A DNA stretch of 64,000 nt from Octopus sinensis (GCF_006345805.1 NC_043005.1:12710001-12774000), one strand, 5' to 3'. Numbered from the stretch's first letter, positions 24,729 through 37,668 are shown. Notes: a model not told the origin generated them from the sequence alone. Program-made: numbers and translations.

Positions 24729-25249
24729 TATATATATTATATATATATATATATATATACATATATTATACATATAATACATATATATATGCATACACAT
24801 ACATATATATTTATACTTAGATGTACATAGAGTGTATTCATACGCACATCATACACGCACAGACACACCTTCCTAGATACACATACACATATATATACAT
24901 ATATATATACATACATGTATATATATATATATATATACATACACACATACATACATACATATACACACACACATACATGCATACATACACACATACGTAC
25001 ATACACATATATACAGAATATCTCAGACACGTATGTAGATAGAACAAAAATTACAATGTTTGTGGCATGGTAAAAAAATATATATATATATATATATAGC
25101 AGAGGAGCAGACATCACGTGACGTATGGGAAAATGTTAAAGAAGGAGGAGGGGAAGGGGAGGAGGAGGAGTGGAAGGGGATTAAGCTGATGTATGCGAAA
25201 AAGAAAGAAAAACAACAGCAGTACCAGCAACAGCAGCGGCGTTGGTAGC

Positions 25250-25325
<76 letters not shown>

Positions 25326-26725
25326 CAGCAGCAGCAGCAGCAAGAACAAGTTCTTGGAAGGGAATGAAAAGAAGAGGTCGGGGAAGGTGGAAAAGGGTCG
25401 GGATGAGAAGAAGTAAAGTGAGGACGACGACGACAACGAAAGGAAATAGGAGGTAAGCGGGGAGTGGGCGGCAGACGAAATGGAATTATAAGAGTGCTGG
25501 TAGGAGGATAAAGAATTGTGTAGGTGGAGGGATAATTAAAATGAAGCTCGTAGAAGTATAATTCTGTTTTATGATGAAAGACGTCGGTTTAGTAAAAAGA
25601 ATGACATGATGTATTGGCTTTATCTTTGACCTCACATATCAACTCCGAGCAGGACGGAAATTCATTAAAATACGTGACACATTTCTTAAGAATGGTTATT
25701 GAATAATTTTGTTCTTACTACACTTTGAAATTTGGGATAATGTAGCTGTTCTTGCTGTTACTGTTGATATGAACGTAGTGGATTGGCAGAATATTCAAAG
25801 CGTCGGTGATAATTCCTGGCCATATTTGATCAAGCTCTCTTCGTTCTGAGCTCAAAATCTTGCCGAGATAAACTTAAATTTTGCTTTGATTCACTTGGAC
25901 ATCCCTGATGGTTGAGCAGCAGAATCGTTAGAAGATTGGACGAAGTGTCTTGCATTGCTTGCTCGGGATCTTCGTGCTCTGATTTTAACAGTGAGACAAC
26001 TATGTTAGCTTTTGTCTTTACTTTGAATAACATTAATGTTATGGATCGAGGAGAACTTATTACAAGCAGAACTTGAAAATGCAAACATTTGGTCAATCCC
26101 TACATCATTTTGACCACGGATTCCGAATCAGCAAAAAAATTCGCATTTCAAAATTTTAATTCACCCCCTCCTCCAGTGTTTCACATATTTTTGAAATTTT
26201 GGTGGGGGGCGAGATACGTAGAAAGTTTTGAAATGCCGATATTTTTACAGATTCGGAATCTCCTCAGTCAAAAAAGTGGGTTTCTGTAGAACATTTTTTT
26301 TAATAACTGAAAGGGAGTGCGGTCCATGTCCTTTACCTCCGCCTGATGATCTTGGAAACAGCAGAATGCAGTTACTTAAATTCATTTCAATTCTCATCTT
26401 TATATCCTGATCATCCATTTCTTTTTTATCAGAGTCACATTATCCAATGTCACATTTCCTTTATGTATTTATTTATTTATTTATTTTAGATAGTGGGTTG
26501 CATTGTGAGTCAGATTTGATTGCTACTATCGGCGGTCGACCGACATAATAGAGACTAAAATAAGTCGAAAGGTAAGCTACTATAAATCGGCACGAACTTT
26601 CCGGACAACCCAATAGCCTCGTTATGGAGTGTGTACCCCAAATCCATAACCATTCGCTTCGATTAGAGAATGGTGTCTGCAATCGTTTGTAAACTGATAG
26701 AAATTCAGAAAGATGTCGCTCAATA

Positions 26726-27038
26726 CAATAATCCCGCGCCATATCGCGGTTCCCCTATCGCAGTTCACCTACACCTGTTTATTAAAGCTTAAGTCAATTC
26801 CTCCGTGGTGTTGTTTTGCATTTATATAATGACATAAATATATACAAATCAGGCGCAGGAGTGGCTGTGAGGTAAGTAGCTTGTTTACGAACCATATGGT
26901 TCCGGGTTCAGTCCCACTGCGTGACACCTTGGGCAAGTGCCTTCTACAATAGCCTCGGGTCGACCAAAGCCTTGTGAGTGGATTTGGTGGACGGAAACTG
27001 AAAGAAGTCCGTCGTGTATATATATATATATATATATG

Positions 27039-27110
<72 letters not shown>

Positions 27111-27431
27111 TGTGTTGTGTGTGTGTTTGTCCTCCGAACATCGCTTGACAACCGATGCTGGTGTGTTTATAACCCCCGTAACCTCGCGGTTCGGCAATAG
27201 AGACCGATAGAATAAGTACTAGGCTTACAAAGAATAAGTCCTGGGGTCGATTTTCTCAACTAAAGGCGGTGCTCCAGCATGGCCGCAGTCAACTGAGTGA
27301 AACAAGTAAAAGAGCAAATCACAAAAAAAAAAATTTTTTTTCAAATATACAGGGCTGTTCCTACTTCGTGGATTTTCACCTATCGCGGGGGATTTTGGAA
27401 CGTAACAACCGCGATAGTCGAGGGATTGCTG
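26726..27431. mobile_element. Tigger/pogo-like MITE with a SINE inserted
   Basis: TA|CAATAATCCCGCGCCATATCGCGG left end and CCGCGATAGTCGAGGGATTGCTG|TA right end are imperfect TIRs with a TA duplication. Confidence 0.65.
26851..27315 (+). mobile_element. SINE S1
   Basis: AGGCGCAGGAGTGGCTGTGAGGT A box, GGTTCAGTCCC B box, same body and tail as other S1 copies. Confidence 0.9.
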
Positions 27432-27497
27432 TATAACTAACTTTAAAAATACATTTCCAAGTGTTAGTGTACTTGGTATTATAACTTTGCTGAAAGA

Positions 27498-27725
27498 TGA
27501 CGGCGAGCTGGCAGAGCCGTTAGCACGCCGGGCAAAATGCTTATCCGCATTTCGTCTGTCGCTACGTTCTGAGTTCAAATTCCGCCGTTGTCGACTTTGC
27601 CTCTTATCCTTTCGGGGTCGATAGAATAAGAACCAGCTGAGCCCTGGGGGTCGATGTAGTCAACTAGCCTCCCCACCCCGATCCTTCTCAGAAATTTCAG
27701 GTTTTGTACCTATATTAGAAGCGAT
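27498..27725 (+). mobile_element. SINE S2 (tail A) with 17-bp TSD
   Basis: ATTATAACTTTGCTGAA at 27478-27494 and 27724-27740. Confidence 0.88.
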
Positions 27726-27953
27726 TATAACTTTGCTGAACACCTTAAAGATGTTCCCTTGTGGATGGGAAAAAATAAACTGTTTTTGTTCAGAAAGACA
27801 ACTTAGACTAACAAGAGGAAATAAAGGACTGCCATATGTTTACTGCTGTTGTGAAGATTACTTCATGTCATGAAATTTAGTCCTTCAAAGGGGTGAAATA
27901 CTTCTTTCCTTAGTGCAGCAGTGAGAATTTCCATTAATAAAATGTATGAATGT

Positions 27954-28352
27954 AGGCGTAGGAGTGGCTGTGTGGTAAATAGCTTGTTTACAAACCATAT
28001 GGTTCCGGGTTCAGTCCCACTGCGTGGCACCTTGGGCAAGTGCTTTCTACTATAGTCTCGGGTCGACCAAAGCCTTGTGAGTGGATTTGGTAGACGGAAA
28101 CTGAAAGAAGCCCGTCGTATATATGTATATATATATATATGTGTGTGTACATGTTTGTGTGTCTGTGTTTGTCGCCCCCAGCATCGCTTGACAACCGATG
28201 CTGGTGTGTTTACGTCACCGTAACTTAGCGGTTCGGCAAAAGCGACCGATAGAATAAGTACTAGGCTTACAAAGAATAAGTTCTGGGGTCGATTTGCTCG
28301 ACTAAGGGCGGTGTTCCAGCATGGTCACAGTCAAATGACTGAAACAAGTAAA
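27954..28352 (+). mobile_element. SINE S1
   Basis: Full-length copy colinear with 26851-27315. Confidence 0.9.
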
Positions 28353-28604
28353 ATTGTAAATAGTATAGTATTGGAAAAAGGAAAACCCGGAGAGAAACCC
28401 AACAACAGAAACAATCACCTATCTCACAATATTGTGCAGGATTTATTTTTTGATTTTAGAGGGTCAGAAAATATCAATGATAATAAATGTTCATGACCCA
28501 AGGATGGATTTTGACAGCATGAGTCAATATACTGCGTAAATATCAGAGTGAAACTGAGACGGATGCATTATAATCGACACTTCTGATTTTTAATTATTCA
28601 AATA

Positions 28605-28990
28605 CTAGCAGTATCGCCCGGCGTTGCTCAGGTTTGTAAGGGAAATAACTATAAAGCATTTTTAGAGAGTTATAGCCAAAAAATAGCAAAAAAATGGAAA
28701 ATAAATGATGGTAAATTTTTTTTTGATAGTTAAAAAAGGTGGAGTTGCGTCCCCTACACAGTTTGTGGTTTGTGTTCCTGATTCTCGACCCCATGTCGAA
28801 TTTATCGATTTTTTTCAGAACTGGGGGAACTTTTCAAAATTTTCGCTGCGTTAGTTTTGAATTATGACATTGGGCTATGTGTGAGTCAAGTTTCATCAGA
28901 ATCGGTTGAAAGCCGTGGTCAGGGTGAGGGCACAAGCAAACAGACACACAGAAACACGCACAGACAAACTGCCGTTTATATAGAGAGAGA
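28605..28990 (-). mobile_element. Non-autonomous Helitron, 386 bp
   Basis: Minus strand A|TC..TATATAAA start, subterminal hairpin and CTAG|T end: canonical Helitron ends in an AT target. Confidence 0.88.
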
Positions 28991-29450
28991 TTCTGCTTTA
29001 ATATGTCATGACAAGGAAAATGTAGGTACCGTCTAATCAGCTTCTTCAGTTTTGTCTTTTTTCATTCTTTTAGGAAATGGAATTTTTGATAGAAAATTCA
29101 GACAAAAAAAAAACCAAATAAAATAAATACAACTAGTTTTTTTTTTTATTAAACTAATTGGTTTGGCTTCCAAATCTGTTCAAATTTTCAAGTTTCGTTA
29201 TAAGGCTTCAAACTTCGTATCAAAAAATTTATGTACATGTGCTTCTCTCTATGTGTGTATAAGTGAATGTATATGTGCATATACATATACATGTATACAC
29301 ACACACGCACATATATATCGCTAAATCCACACGTTTCTTTTTGTTATTCTTTCTTTCTGCTTACTTTTTTTTCTCTTATTCCTTGGTGTTGAAGAGCGTA
29401 GGCTCGAAACGTAAAAGACTTTCTGACTTTCCCGAGCGTCAAGCAATTAC

Positions 29451-32147
29451 GTTAATTGTATGTATGTTAAGTCTGAGCACAAACCGTCCTGCGGTATTCT
29501 ACCCACAAATGCTCAACCTACAACAAAATTCGATGCCGTCTATTGCAAGCTGAGCCTATCTGAGTTTTGCCTGCCCGTGTTGGCTGTCTACAGGCCGCCT
29601 CTTGCCGACCCCCAGGACGATGCTTCATTACTCGAAGCGATAAGATTCGTTTCAGCTTCGCATGACTGCTTGGTACTAGGCGACTTCAACGCTCCCCACG
29701 ATCGATTGACCCGCATCAATTTGTACATCTTCCCGTTCGGCCAGCCCTTCTTGACGTGACTGAAGATTGTTTCTATCGCAACATTAATATCCGACAAGGC
29801 ATCGGTCTGGGCAGCAGCCATCTATGCTAGATCTGGTATTCTCCCTCCCGCTATCCAAGATCAGTGTCAGACGTATCTGTGTGCGCCCTCTTGCAAAGTG
29901 ATCATGCGGTCCTGAAGTTCGTCATGCAACAACTTTTTCTACGCCCCCCACGATTACTTCTTCGCTGCCACGTAGAGTCTTCTCTGCAATTAATCTTGAA
30001 ATTCTAACCGAGGCTTCCGCGCTTCTGGACTGGGCGATCCCTGATGACGTTGTCCTCAGTTGACGAACTATGGTCATCCCTCAAAGCATATGTAACCTGT
30101 TTGACTGACCAGGCAGTTCCCGGTAGGCTTCCTCAAGAGGAAGAAACACAAGCCCTGGTGACGAAGAAGGTTAAACGAGAACGTCGACTCAGAGATATTG
30201 CTTGGGCTGAATTAAAAAATCTGGATTCGAACTGCAGCTTTTGAGGTGTACAACAAAACTCAACGAGAACCGAGCCGTTAAAATTGAAAAGAAAGAACGC
30301 TTCAGTTATGAATACAAAATCGCGGCAAATGCCAGTAGCAATCCAAAACCTTCTTTGCCCATGTCCCAGCGGAATTTCCGCTTGAACAACCATATTGCAA
30401 ACGTTGGTGGACTCAACAGGGCGTATCGATTGAGGACCCTTATCAACAGAGTCAATTATTTGCCGAGGCTTTTTCAACTATTTTCAAACAAGATGATGGT
30501 CGTGAACCCCCTCCATTTGATAGATCGGTACCTCCAATGCTTCGATTGGTCTTCACGCGGGACGAAGTCCAACGTGTTATTCAAGGGCCTCGATGTCAAC
30601 AAGGGTCACGGCCCTGACGTGCATACACCCACGGGTTATCAAAGCGTTGGCTCCGGTCATCTGCGAGCCCTTAACCGACTATTCAATATGTCATTGGCGA
30701 CGGGTGTTAAATACCCTGCAGACTGAGACAGCGATAATCTGCCCATTTTCAAGAAAGGGAGCCGCGAAGACCCGCTTTAAACTACCGACCGGTTTCCCTT
30801 ACATCAATAATCAGCAAGATGTTCGAAACCATCCTTAGAAAAGTATGATGCTCCACCTCCTAAACACAGCCTCGATCACTGATTCCCAACACGGCTTCGT
30901 GCCGAAGAGATCATGCTTGACCACTTACTAGTAATGGAAGAATTGGTGACGCGCATCCTCGATGATAGTGATGCTGTTGACATCGTTTTAATTGGACTTT
31001 GCCAAAGCTTTTGACTCGGTAAACCACCGCCTACTACTTGTCAAGCTTCAAGCATATAGTTTCCATCCGGATATTGTACGATGGTTGGTGCCTTCCTCTC
31101 AGATCGCTCCTTCCAAGTTTCAAAGTTAATGGTTCGCGGTCCGACGTCTCCAGTGCGAGCAGTGGCGTGCCTCAAGTTCATGTGCTTGGGGCCCTTGTTG
31201 TTCTTAGTCTTCATAAATGACTTGCCCGACGACTCAACGCAACACACACCTTCTATTTGCCGACGATATCAACTGGTCGCTCCGCGCGGTAGTATAGAGG
31301 ATCTTCGTCGATGCCTCCACCAAATTTGGAAGTGGTCTAACGATTGGGACCTGTGTCTGAACGTGTTAAAGTGCTGTCATCTATGCCTGTCGGCTCTACT
31401 CCTGCAACTCAACTTGATTTCGAGCCGGGTCGTCTGCTGCTGGAGAGGACCGATCAGGTAAGGACCTGGGTATCTTGGTGGATTCTCCTTTTCCTGGTTC
31501 GCCTTCGGCCCCAGTGCGTCCATGCTGCCAACAAAGCGCGCGGAATTCTGTTTTTGATTCGACGGTCATTCGGAATGCTCACAGCAGCCATATTCCTACC
31601 ACTCTATGTCACGCTGGGGAGACCCATATTGGAGTATGGGATTCAACCCTCTTCTCCTATCTCCTCAAAGACATACAGCATCTCGAAGAGTCCAGAGGCT
31701 GGCTACCCGCATGGTTCATGGTCTCAAAATTTGTCCTACGAAGAAGGCTGAGGACGCTCGACCTTTATTCTCTTGAAAAACGCCGCCGCCGTGGTGATCT
31801 CATTCTCGCCCACACATCATCATAAGCGGGAAGTGTAACCTCTCGAAAGAGCTGGTCTTCACTTCACTCCTGCTCCGGAGCGTCGGCTGCTGGGTCATTC
31901 CGAAAAGCTCTACCTGCGACGATTTCATCTCAATCGAAGGAGAGGAGCTTTCTCCGTCCGGGTTGCGGATCGTGGAACAAGCTGCCCGACGAGATGGTGA
32001 AGATGCCGACGACCGCTTTGTTCAAAGCCTCCCTGGACCTCAAGTGGCCTGAACTCTTTACATGAACACCACCCTGTACTTAACTCCATGTCCCTCTACA
32101 TGGCCTTGCTATTTGCTTTTGAGCCAAATTAACTACTAAAACTAACT
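29451..32147 (+). mobile_element. CR1/L2-group LINE, 5'-truncated, heavily frameshifted ORF2 (APE plus RT)
   Basis: LAVYRPP, LGDFNAP (APE); KGHGPD, QHGFVPKRSCLT, DFAKAFDSVNH, SGVPQ..LGPLLFLVFINDLP (RT); stop ~32065; CTAA-type tail; 6-bp TSD AATTAC at 29445-29450 and 32148-32153. Confidence 0.9.
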
Positions 32148-32479
32148 AATTACAACCTGCTTTGTTGTTCATACACCTGTCTTCGTCTTCTGCTTTTTCG
32201 GTAAATTTCAACTATATATATATATATATTATATATATATTATATATATATAATATATATATATACACGAAAAATACACAAGAGACGAAGACAGGTTGTG
32301 CACAAAACAAACAGATGTACCAGTAAGAACGCTCGGGAATTGAAAAAGTCTTTTAACGTTTCGAGCCTACGCTCTTCTACAGAAAGGGACACAGAAAAAA
32401 AAGGAGAGAAACAAGCTATTGCTAGGCAGGTCCCAAATATAATATTGTACAGGATGTTAATGCCACATAAGTTCAAAAG

Positions 32480-32990
32480 TATAATCCCAAACTAGATTGT
32501 ATGAGTCAGTTCACAATCGCTGACATTAATGACGCTACTGACTATCCAATAGAGCTTCTCAGTTCTATTCAACCCATTGATAACCCTCTTCAAGAAGCAC
32601 CTAATATCTTACTATGAAATCTGGATTTACCAAAACTCTGAAACACGAGACAACCTGTCAAAACTTTTATGTGCCATGTGATCCAAATCACCTTATGAAT
32701 GATTGTGTCAAGAGAGAAAATATTTTAATTTCTCATGTTTCTCGCATTCCGTTATTTATATTACTTCAGTTCAAACGGTTTCAGTTTCCAGTGACACATT
32801 CCTTTTTCAAAGTCATTACTAAATCTCAGGTGCGGTCTTTCATGACTCTGGAGTTGAACCGAAGAGTCTATTTGTCTCTCATAGTTAGCTCCATGTTGAA
32901 CGCCCAGCTGTTGAGACAGAAGTCTTTTCATCAAAAACTCAAACTACAGTAAATGAACTGTTGTCTACATTAGAAATCTTACAGAATAAA
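32480..32990 (+). mobile_element. Helitron RepHel PIF1-type helicase C-terminal remnant
   Basis: YPIELL, NLDLPKL, SRIPL..FKRFQFPV..ITKSQ and SHS*LHV match the Helitron pattern YPxEFLN..RIPL..FKRxQFPV..TINKSQG..SHGQLYV. Confidence 0.8.
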
Positions 32991-33250
32991 GCACATTTCC
33001 GTCAGAGTTGCGTCTGTTTCATGTGTTATATATCAATTTATAAATAAAAGAAAATACATATAGTAAAATATAAAAATATATAGTAAAATACAAGAAAATA
33101 CATGTAGCAAAATATAAAGATTATAGTTCTTTGAGTCACATCATTAAAACTGTCCTTGAACACATCCTCGAAAGGTTCACACATCAAAGAAACATGGAGA
33201 TATTCAAATTTAGGCCTATATCTACATTACTGTAAAATAGTGTGCAAATA

Positions 33251-34335
33251 CAGGGTGTCACAAAATTATGGCAACCGAGGTTTTGGGCTTTGATAGCTAT
33301 CAATAAATGTGATAAGATATGAAAATTATACATCATTATAAATACAATCATAACCCTATACAAAGGAGGCGAAGGTAATACAGGTATAGCTGAAAGGCAT
33401 AAAATTAAATTAACAATAGTTTGGAAAATTGTCTAGAAATTTCAGGAGACTGATTCCACCGCTAATCGATCTGGACGTGGCTGAAAAAGAAGCCTTCAGG
33501 CCCCTCAGCTTATCAAAAGTACCAGAGAGAATATACAGCGAAATGCTCGTCGTTCCGTCAGAAATCTTACTGCCACAACAAAATTAAGCTGAACATCGAT
33601 GTATCGAGTGCTGAAGGAGGATCTTAGGACCCAGCCCTACAAGATGATCCGTCGTAATGAGCTCATGCAAATTTATAAGGCCATGATACTGGAGAGCGCT
33701 TGTTTTATCCTGCGTCAGATTGCTAAAGACACGCTGTCCTGCCTGGTGTCCACTGACGAAAATAAATTTGGCATCGAACAAACAGTAAACACCAGATTGA
33801 CCGACTTCGAAGTGTATCTGGGTTCGTCGAGGGAAGATTCATAAATTGACGTTACAATTTACAGTTATTGATGGTTTGGGCGGCTGTGACAGCCACTGGA
33901 AGGTCACCCTTCGCTTTTGTGCCCTCAGTTGTTAAAATTAACATCCAGCGACACAATAGCGACATTCTGGAAGCTGAACAGTTTCCATAGGTGAATGATC
34001 ATTTTCAAGGCGCATCTTGGAGCCTCCAACAGGACTCGGCACCATCCCACAACTCTAAACAGACACAACACTGGATTCAGAAAAACACTCCGTCGTTCAT
34101 AGGCAAGAATGTATGGCCCTCAAGAAACCTCGATCTCAACCCGTTGGAAGTTTCTGTTTGGTCCATTTTGAAGATGAATGTCTCCAGCACTCTTCTTACT
34201 TTGCTCGACGCTCCGAAGGCAAAACTGCGCCAGCAATGGGTGTCGATTCCGCAAGAGCAGCTGCGTACTGAGTGTGAAGCACTCACAGCTGGACTTAAGG
34301 CTGTAGTTCGAAACAAAAGTAGTCATTATTTACAT
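33251..34335 (+). mobile_element. Tc1/mariner transposase remnant (maT/DD37D-like spacing)
   Basis: TA|CAGGGTGTC left end; STDE, VMVWAAV, LQQDSAPSH, WPS..DLNPLE with 37 residues between the second D and the final acidic residue; right end lost. Confidence 0.88.
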
Positions 34336-34373
34336 TAATTACATTTGGCGGATATTTGTCCTCATCTTGTTTG

Positions 34374-34423
34374 ATAAGACAACGTTTCGGCTGGTATACC
34401 CTCCAGCCTTCATCAGGTGTCTT
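34374..34423 (-). ncRNA. Minimal hammerhead ribozyme, inverted copy of 34721-34766
   Basis: CTGATGA-A-GGCTGG/CCAGCC (6 bp)-GAAACGTT. Confidence 0.8.
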
Positions 34424-34500
34424 GGGAAAATTTCGATCTTGGGTTCATATTCCTAAGGTATTTTTCGATGTTATTATCATTATAACATCGAAAAAGCCCA

Positions 34501-34860
34501 CGGACATAAGGCGTAGTGGTTAAGAGCGCGGGCTACTAACCCCAAGATTCCGAGTCCAGTTCCAGGCATAAATCTGAAGAAGAAGAAGAAGAAGAAGAAG
34601 AAGAAGAAGAAGAAGAAGAAGAAGAAGAAGAAGAAGAAGAAGAAGAAGAAGAACAACAACAACAACAACAACAACAACATCGAAAAATACCCTAGGAATA
34701 ATAGGTCGATGTTTCCCCAAGACACCTGATGAAGGCAGGAGGTTATATCAGCCGAAACGTTGTGTTAATAACAAACAAGATGAGAACAAATCCTTCAAAT
34801 GTAAATAATATAAATAATGTACATAATTCGTTATCTCTAAATATAGAACTGTAGAGGTAG
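34501..34860 (+). mobile_element. tRNA-like head plus (GAA)n(CAA)n plus hammerhead-bearing tail (SINE-like composite)
   Basis: A box AGGCGTAGTGG (34509-34519), GGG-CTACTAA-CCC anticodon-like arm, B-box-like GAGTCCAGTTCC (34552-34563), hammerhead at 34721-34766. Confidence 0.7.
34721..34766 (+). ncRNA. Minimal (dimer-type) hammerhead ribozyme
   Basis: GACAC-CTGATGA-A-GGC..GCC-GAAACGTT-GTGTT; ACGT palindrome as stem III, GUU site. Confidence 0.8.
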
Positions 34861-35024
34861 TAATATCGAATAAATGCGGTAGTGTCATGATAGTGGGGAT
34901 TTTTTACTATTACATTGCAACGCTCGGACCCGAAATATAACAATATTTGCTTTGATAAAATTGAAAAAAGTTGGTTGCCTTAATTTTGGGAAACCCTGAG
35001 TAATTGATACCGAAAAACAAAACT

Positions 35025-35347
35025 GGCACTCCCTCGGTTACGACGACAATATTTGCAGTTGTTCCCATCAAAAGTGCAACCAGCCTGTTCGAGAAACCAG
35101 CGTGCAAGTGGCTAAACACTTCACAAATATGCGTACCTCTAGTGTAGTTCGCAAGGAAATTACGCGTGACAGAATGTGACAAGGATGACCATTTGACATA
35201 CAGGTACAAATACATTTTGCCAGCTGAGTTGAATGAAGCAGATTAAAGTGTCCTGCTCAAGGACACACAATGTGCCGGCGGGTATCGAGATCATGATGTT
35301 ACGATTATGAGCCGAACACCCCTAACCACTGTGCCACACGCCTTCAC
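35025..35347 (-). mobile_element. SINE with an S3-type tail but a different tRNA head and body
   Basis: Tail homologous to 59090-59290; head carries CCTTGAGCAGGACAC instead of the S3 body. Confidence 0.75.
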
Positions 35348-35602
35348 AGAAAGCACTTCTTTAAAAATGTTTTGTTAAATCATTTAAGTTTCGCAAAATG
35401 CTTCAAGGCATTCGGCAATTGGACATCAACGACTACTTTTCCTCTTTCTCTCCCCTCTTCCTCCTACTACTACTTCTACTACTACTACTACTCCATACAA
35501 CACAGGCATTTGTTATATATGTTTGTGGGTAAATATATACATATACATATATATGTATATATGCATGTATGTATATGTATATACATATATACACACACTA
35601 CT

Positions 35603-35641
<39 letters not shown>

Positions 35642-37089
35642 ATAAACCTATAAACCTATATAGGGTACGGTTTCATCACGTGCGGTTCCTGTGTGTAATA
35701 TCCCTATTGGCATAGAGTTTCATCCGTACTCCCTAATGCAATCAAGGTTATACTGATTAGGATGTGTAGGCTGGTTAGATAATTCGCAACTTCAACAAAA
35801 AGAAAAGAAGGTAAATTAAGCAAAAAAAACAACAACATAAAACAAGTAAAACTCGAAGGCGGAAAGCTATTCAGAAAATTTATCGCAGCAAGAAGCATCA
35901 GAATAATTCTTTATCTGAAACTGGTAAAAAAAATCTGCCTGGGGAGAGATAGATTAATATTATCAATCTCTCTATAATCAACAACAAAACGTACACAATC
36001 CCGCTGTGACAAACTTTAAAATTGCATTTTGGAAAGGCTAACTGAAAATCAACATGAGTCTAGGGAAATCTATTTGGACAACTGAAGGCAAAAAATAAAA
36101 GTTGGTGCGAATCGTGAGAGATGAGTGCAAGAATGGGCGTAGGTTTTTTTGGAGAGAGGAAGAACATTGTGTATCTTGAATGTTATAATAGAAACTACTT
36201 GGCGATAATGGTTTAAGATTTATAGAAATATATAAAAATGGTTGTAATATTTGTTGATAAGGCAAATCTGAACGACATGGAATCAACAGAAGCTATGAAA
36301 TTACTGCTCAAATGAGGATTGTCGAAGTGGCAAAACGCAGAGCGTTCATAACCAGAATTAAATTAGTTTTAGGATCAAGAGTTTTCACATGACAACCACA
36401 ATATTGGTCAGAGTTTGCGAGATAATTCCAAGAAATTTTAACAAAGACGCGGTCATTTGTAATTTAATATTGTTTCGTAACAGCGAAGAATGAAGGAGAA
36501 TGCCAACAGCTCTTCTGGCTAAAATTATATCTTCATACAAACGAGAGAGTTTCTACGTGTTCACCGAATTCTCGCAGCAAAATTCTCCCAAATAATATTT
36601 TCCTGCTGCTTAGAAAAATAAGAACATATGACATAATGTAGTTTTAGATATTTTTAAAAACAAACACACTAGGGCCCTACCCTAGAGCCGCAAAGTTACG
36701 AAGCAAACCTTTTAAACATACACTTATGGCTATTCCCTATTGGAAAGAGCTGAGGAGGCGGTGACATAAACACATACAGACAGTCACCATTCCAAGGGAA
36801 CGGATACTCGATCGGTTTGAACAAAATATCACACAGACTCGCTTCAGCCTTAAACCTACACGTGCTAACATTTTTCTAAACCTAATAAAATAGCATTTGT
36901 TTCTCGAAGTTGGTTCATATCGTACCACGTCCAACAGATGTATTAGTTTAACGCTCAGGAAGTGAAAAAGTATTTAACGTTTCGAGCCTACGCTCTTCCA
37001 CAGAAAGGAACACAGAAAGAAACATGGAGAGAGAAATAAAGAATGTATCGTGGCTAGCGATCTATCCTGACCAATGCCGATACATTTAC

Positions 37090-37376
37090 ATAGTGGTTAG
37101 GGCAGCGGAATCGCGGTCGTAGGATCGCGGTTTCGAGTCCCAGACCGGGCGTTGTGAGTGTTTATTGATCGAAAGCACCTAAAGCTCCACGAGGCTCCGG
37201 CAGGGGGTGGTGGCGATCCCTGCTGTACTCTTTTGCCACAACTTTTTCTCATTCTTTCTTCTGTTGGCCTGCTTGCTTAGCCAGCGGGGTGGCGTCATTT
37301 GAAGGCTAAAACAATGCGAAGCGCATTGTGATCAGCGATGTGTAACAGCATCTGATGGTCTGGTCGATCACGTGAT

Positions 37377-37385
<9 letters not shown>
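37090..37385 (+). mobile_element. S3-headed SINE with a different tail ending GATCACGTGA then (TA)n
   Basis: First ~170 bp match S3; the remainder is unrelated to the S3 tail. Confidence 0.8.
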
Positions 37386-37423
<38 letters not shown>

Positions 37424-37440
37424 TCACGGTGATCACGGTG

Positions 37441-37532
<92 letters not shown>
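37383..37532. repeat. (TA)n array interrupted by GATCACGGTGATCACGGTGA
   Basis: Visible periodicity. Confidence 0.95.
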
Positions 37533-37534
<2 letters not shown>

Positions 37535-37587
37535 AGTGAATTGAAGATGGAGTTGAACGAAGATTGAACAGGAATCGTTTTATTGCA

Positions 37588-37668
37588 TTCTACACGTGTT
37601 TCGAAAGTCACAATTTACTCAAATTCCGATTGAATAATGAGACCATATTGTGTCTTTCTCTTCAGGAA
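37588..37668 (-). ncRNA. Type I hammerhead ribozyme
   Basis: TTC-CTGAAGA-GAAAG.CACAA..TTGTG.CTTTC-GAAAC-ACGT-GTA-GAA; palindromic ACACGTGT; stem I only 3 bp. Confidence 0.8.

Noticed and set aside
26342-26362. CTGATGA..GAAAC
   Set aside because: No stem II, stem III or stem I; chance juxtaposition at a MITE edge.
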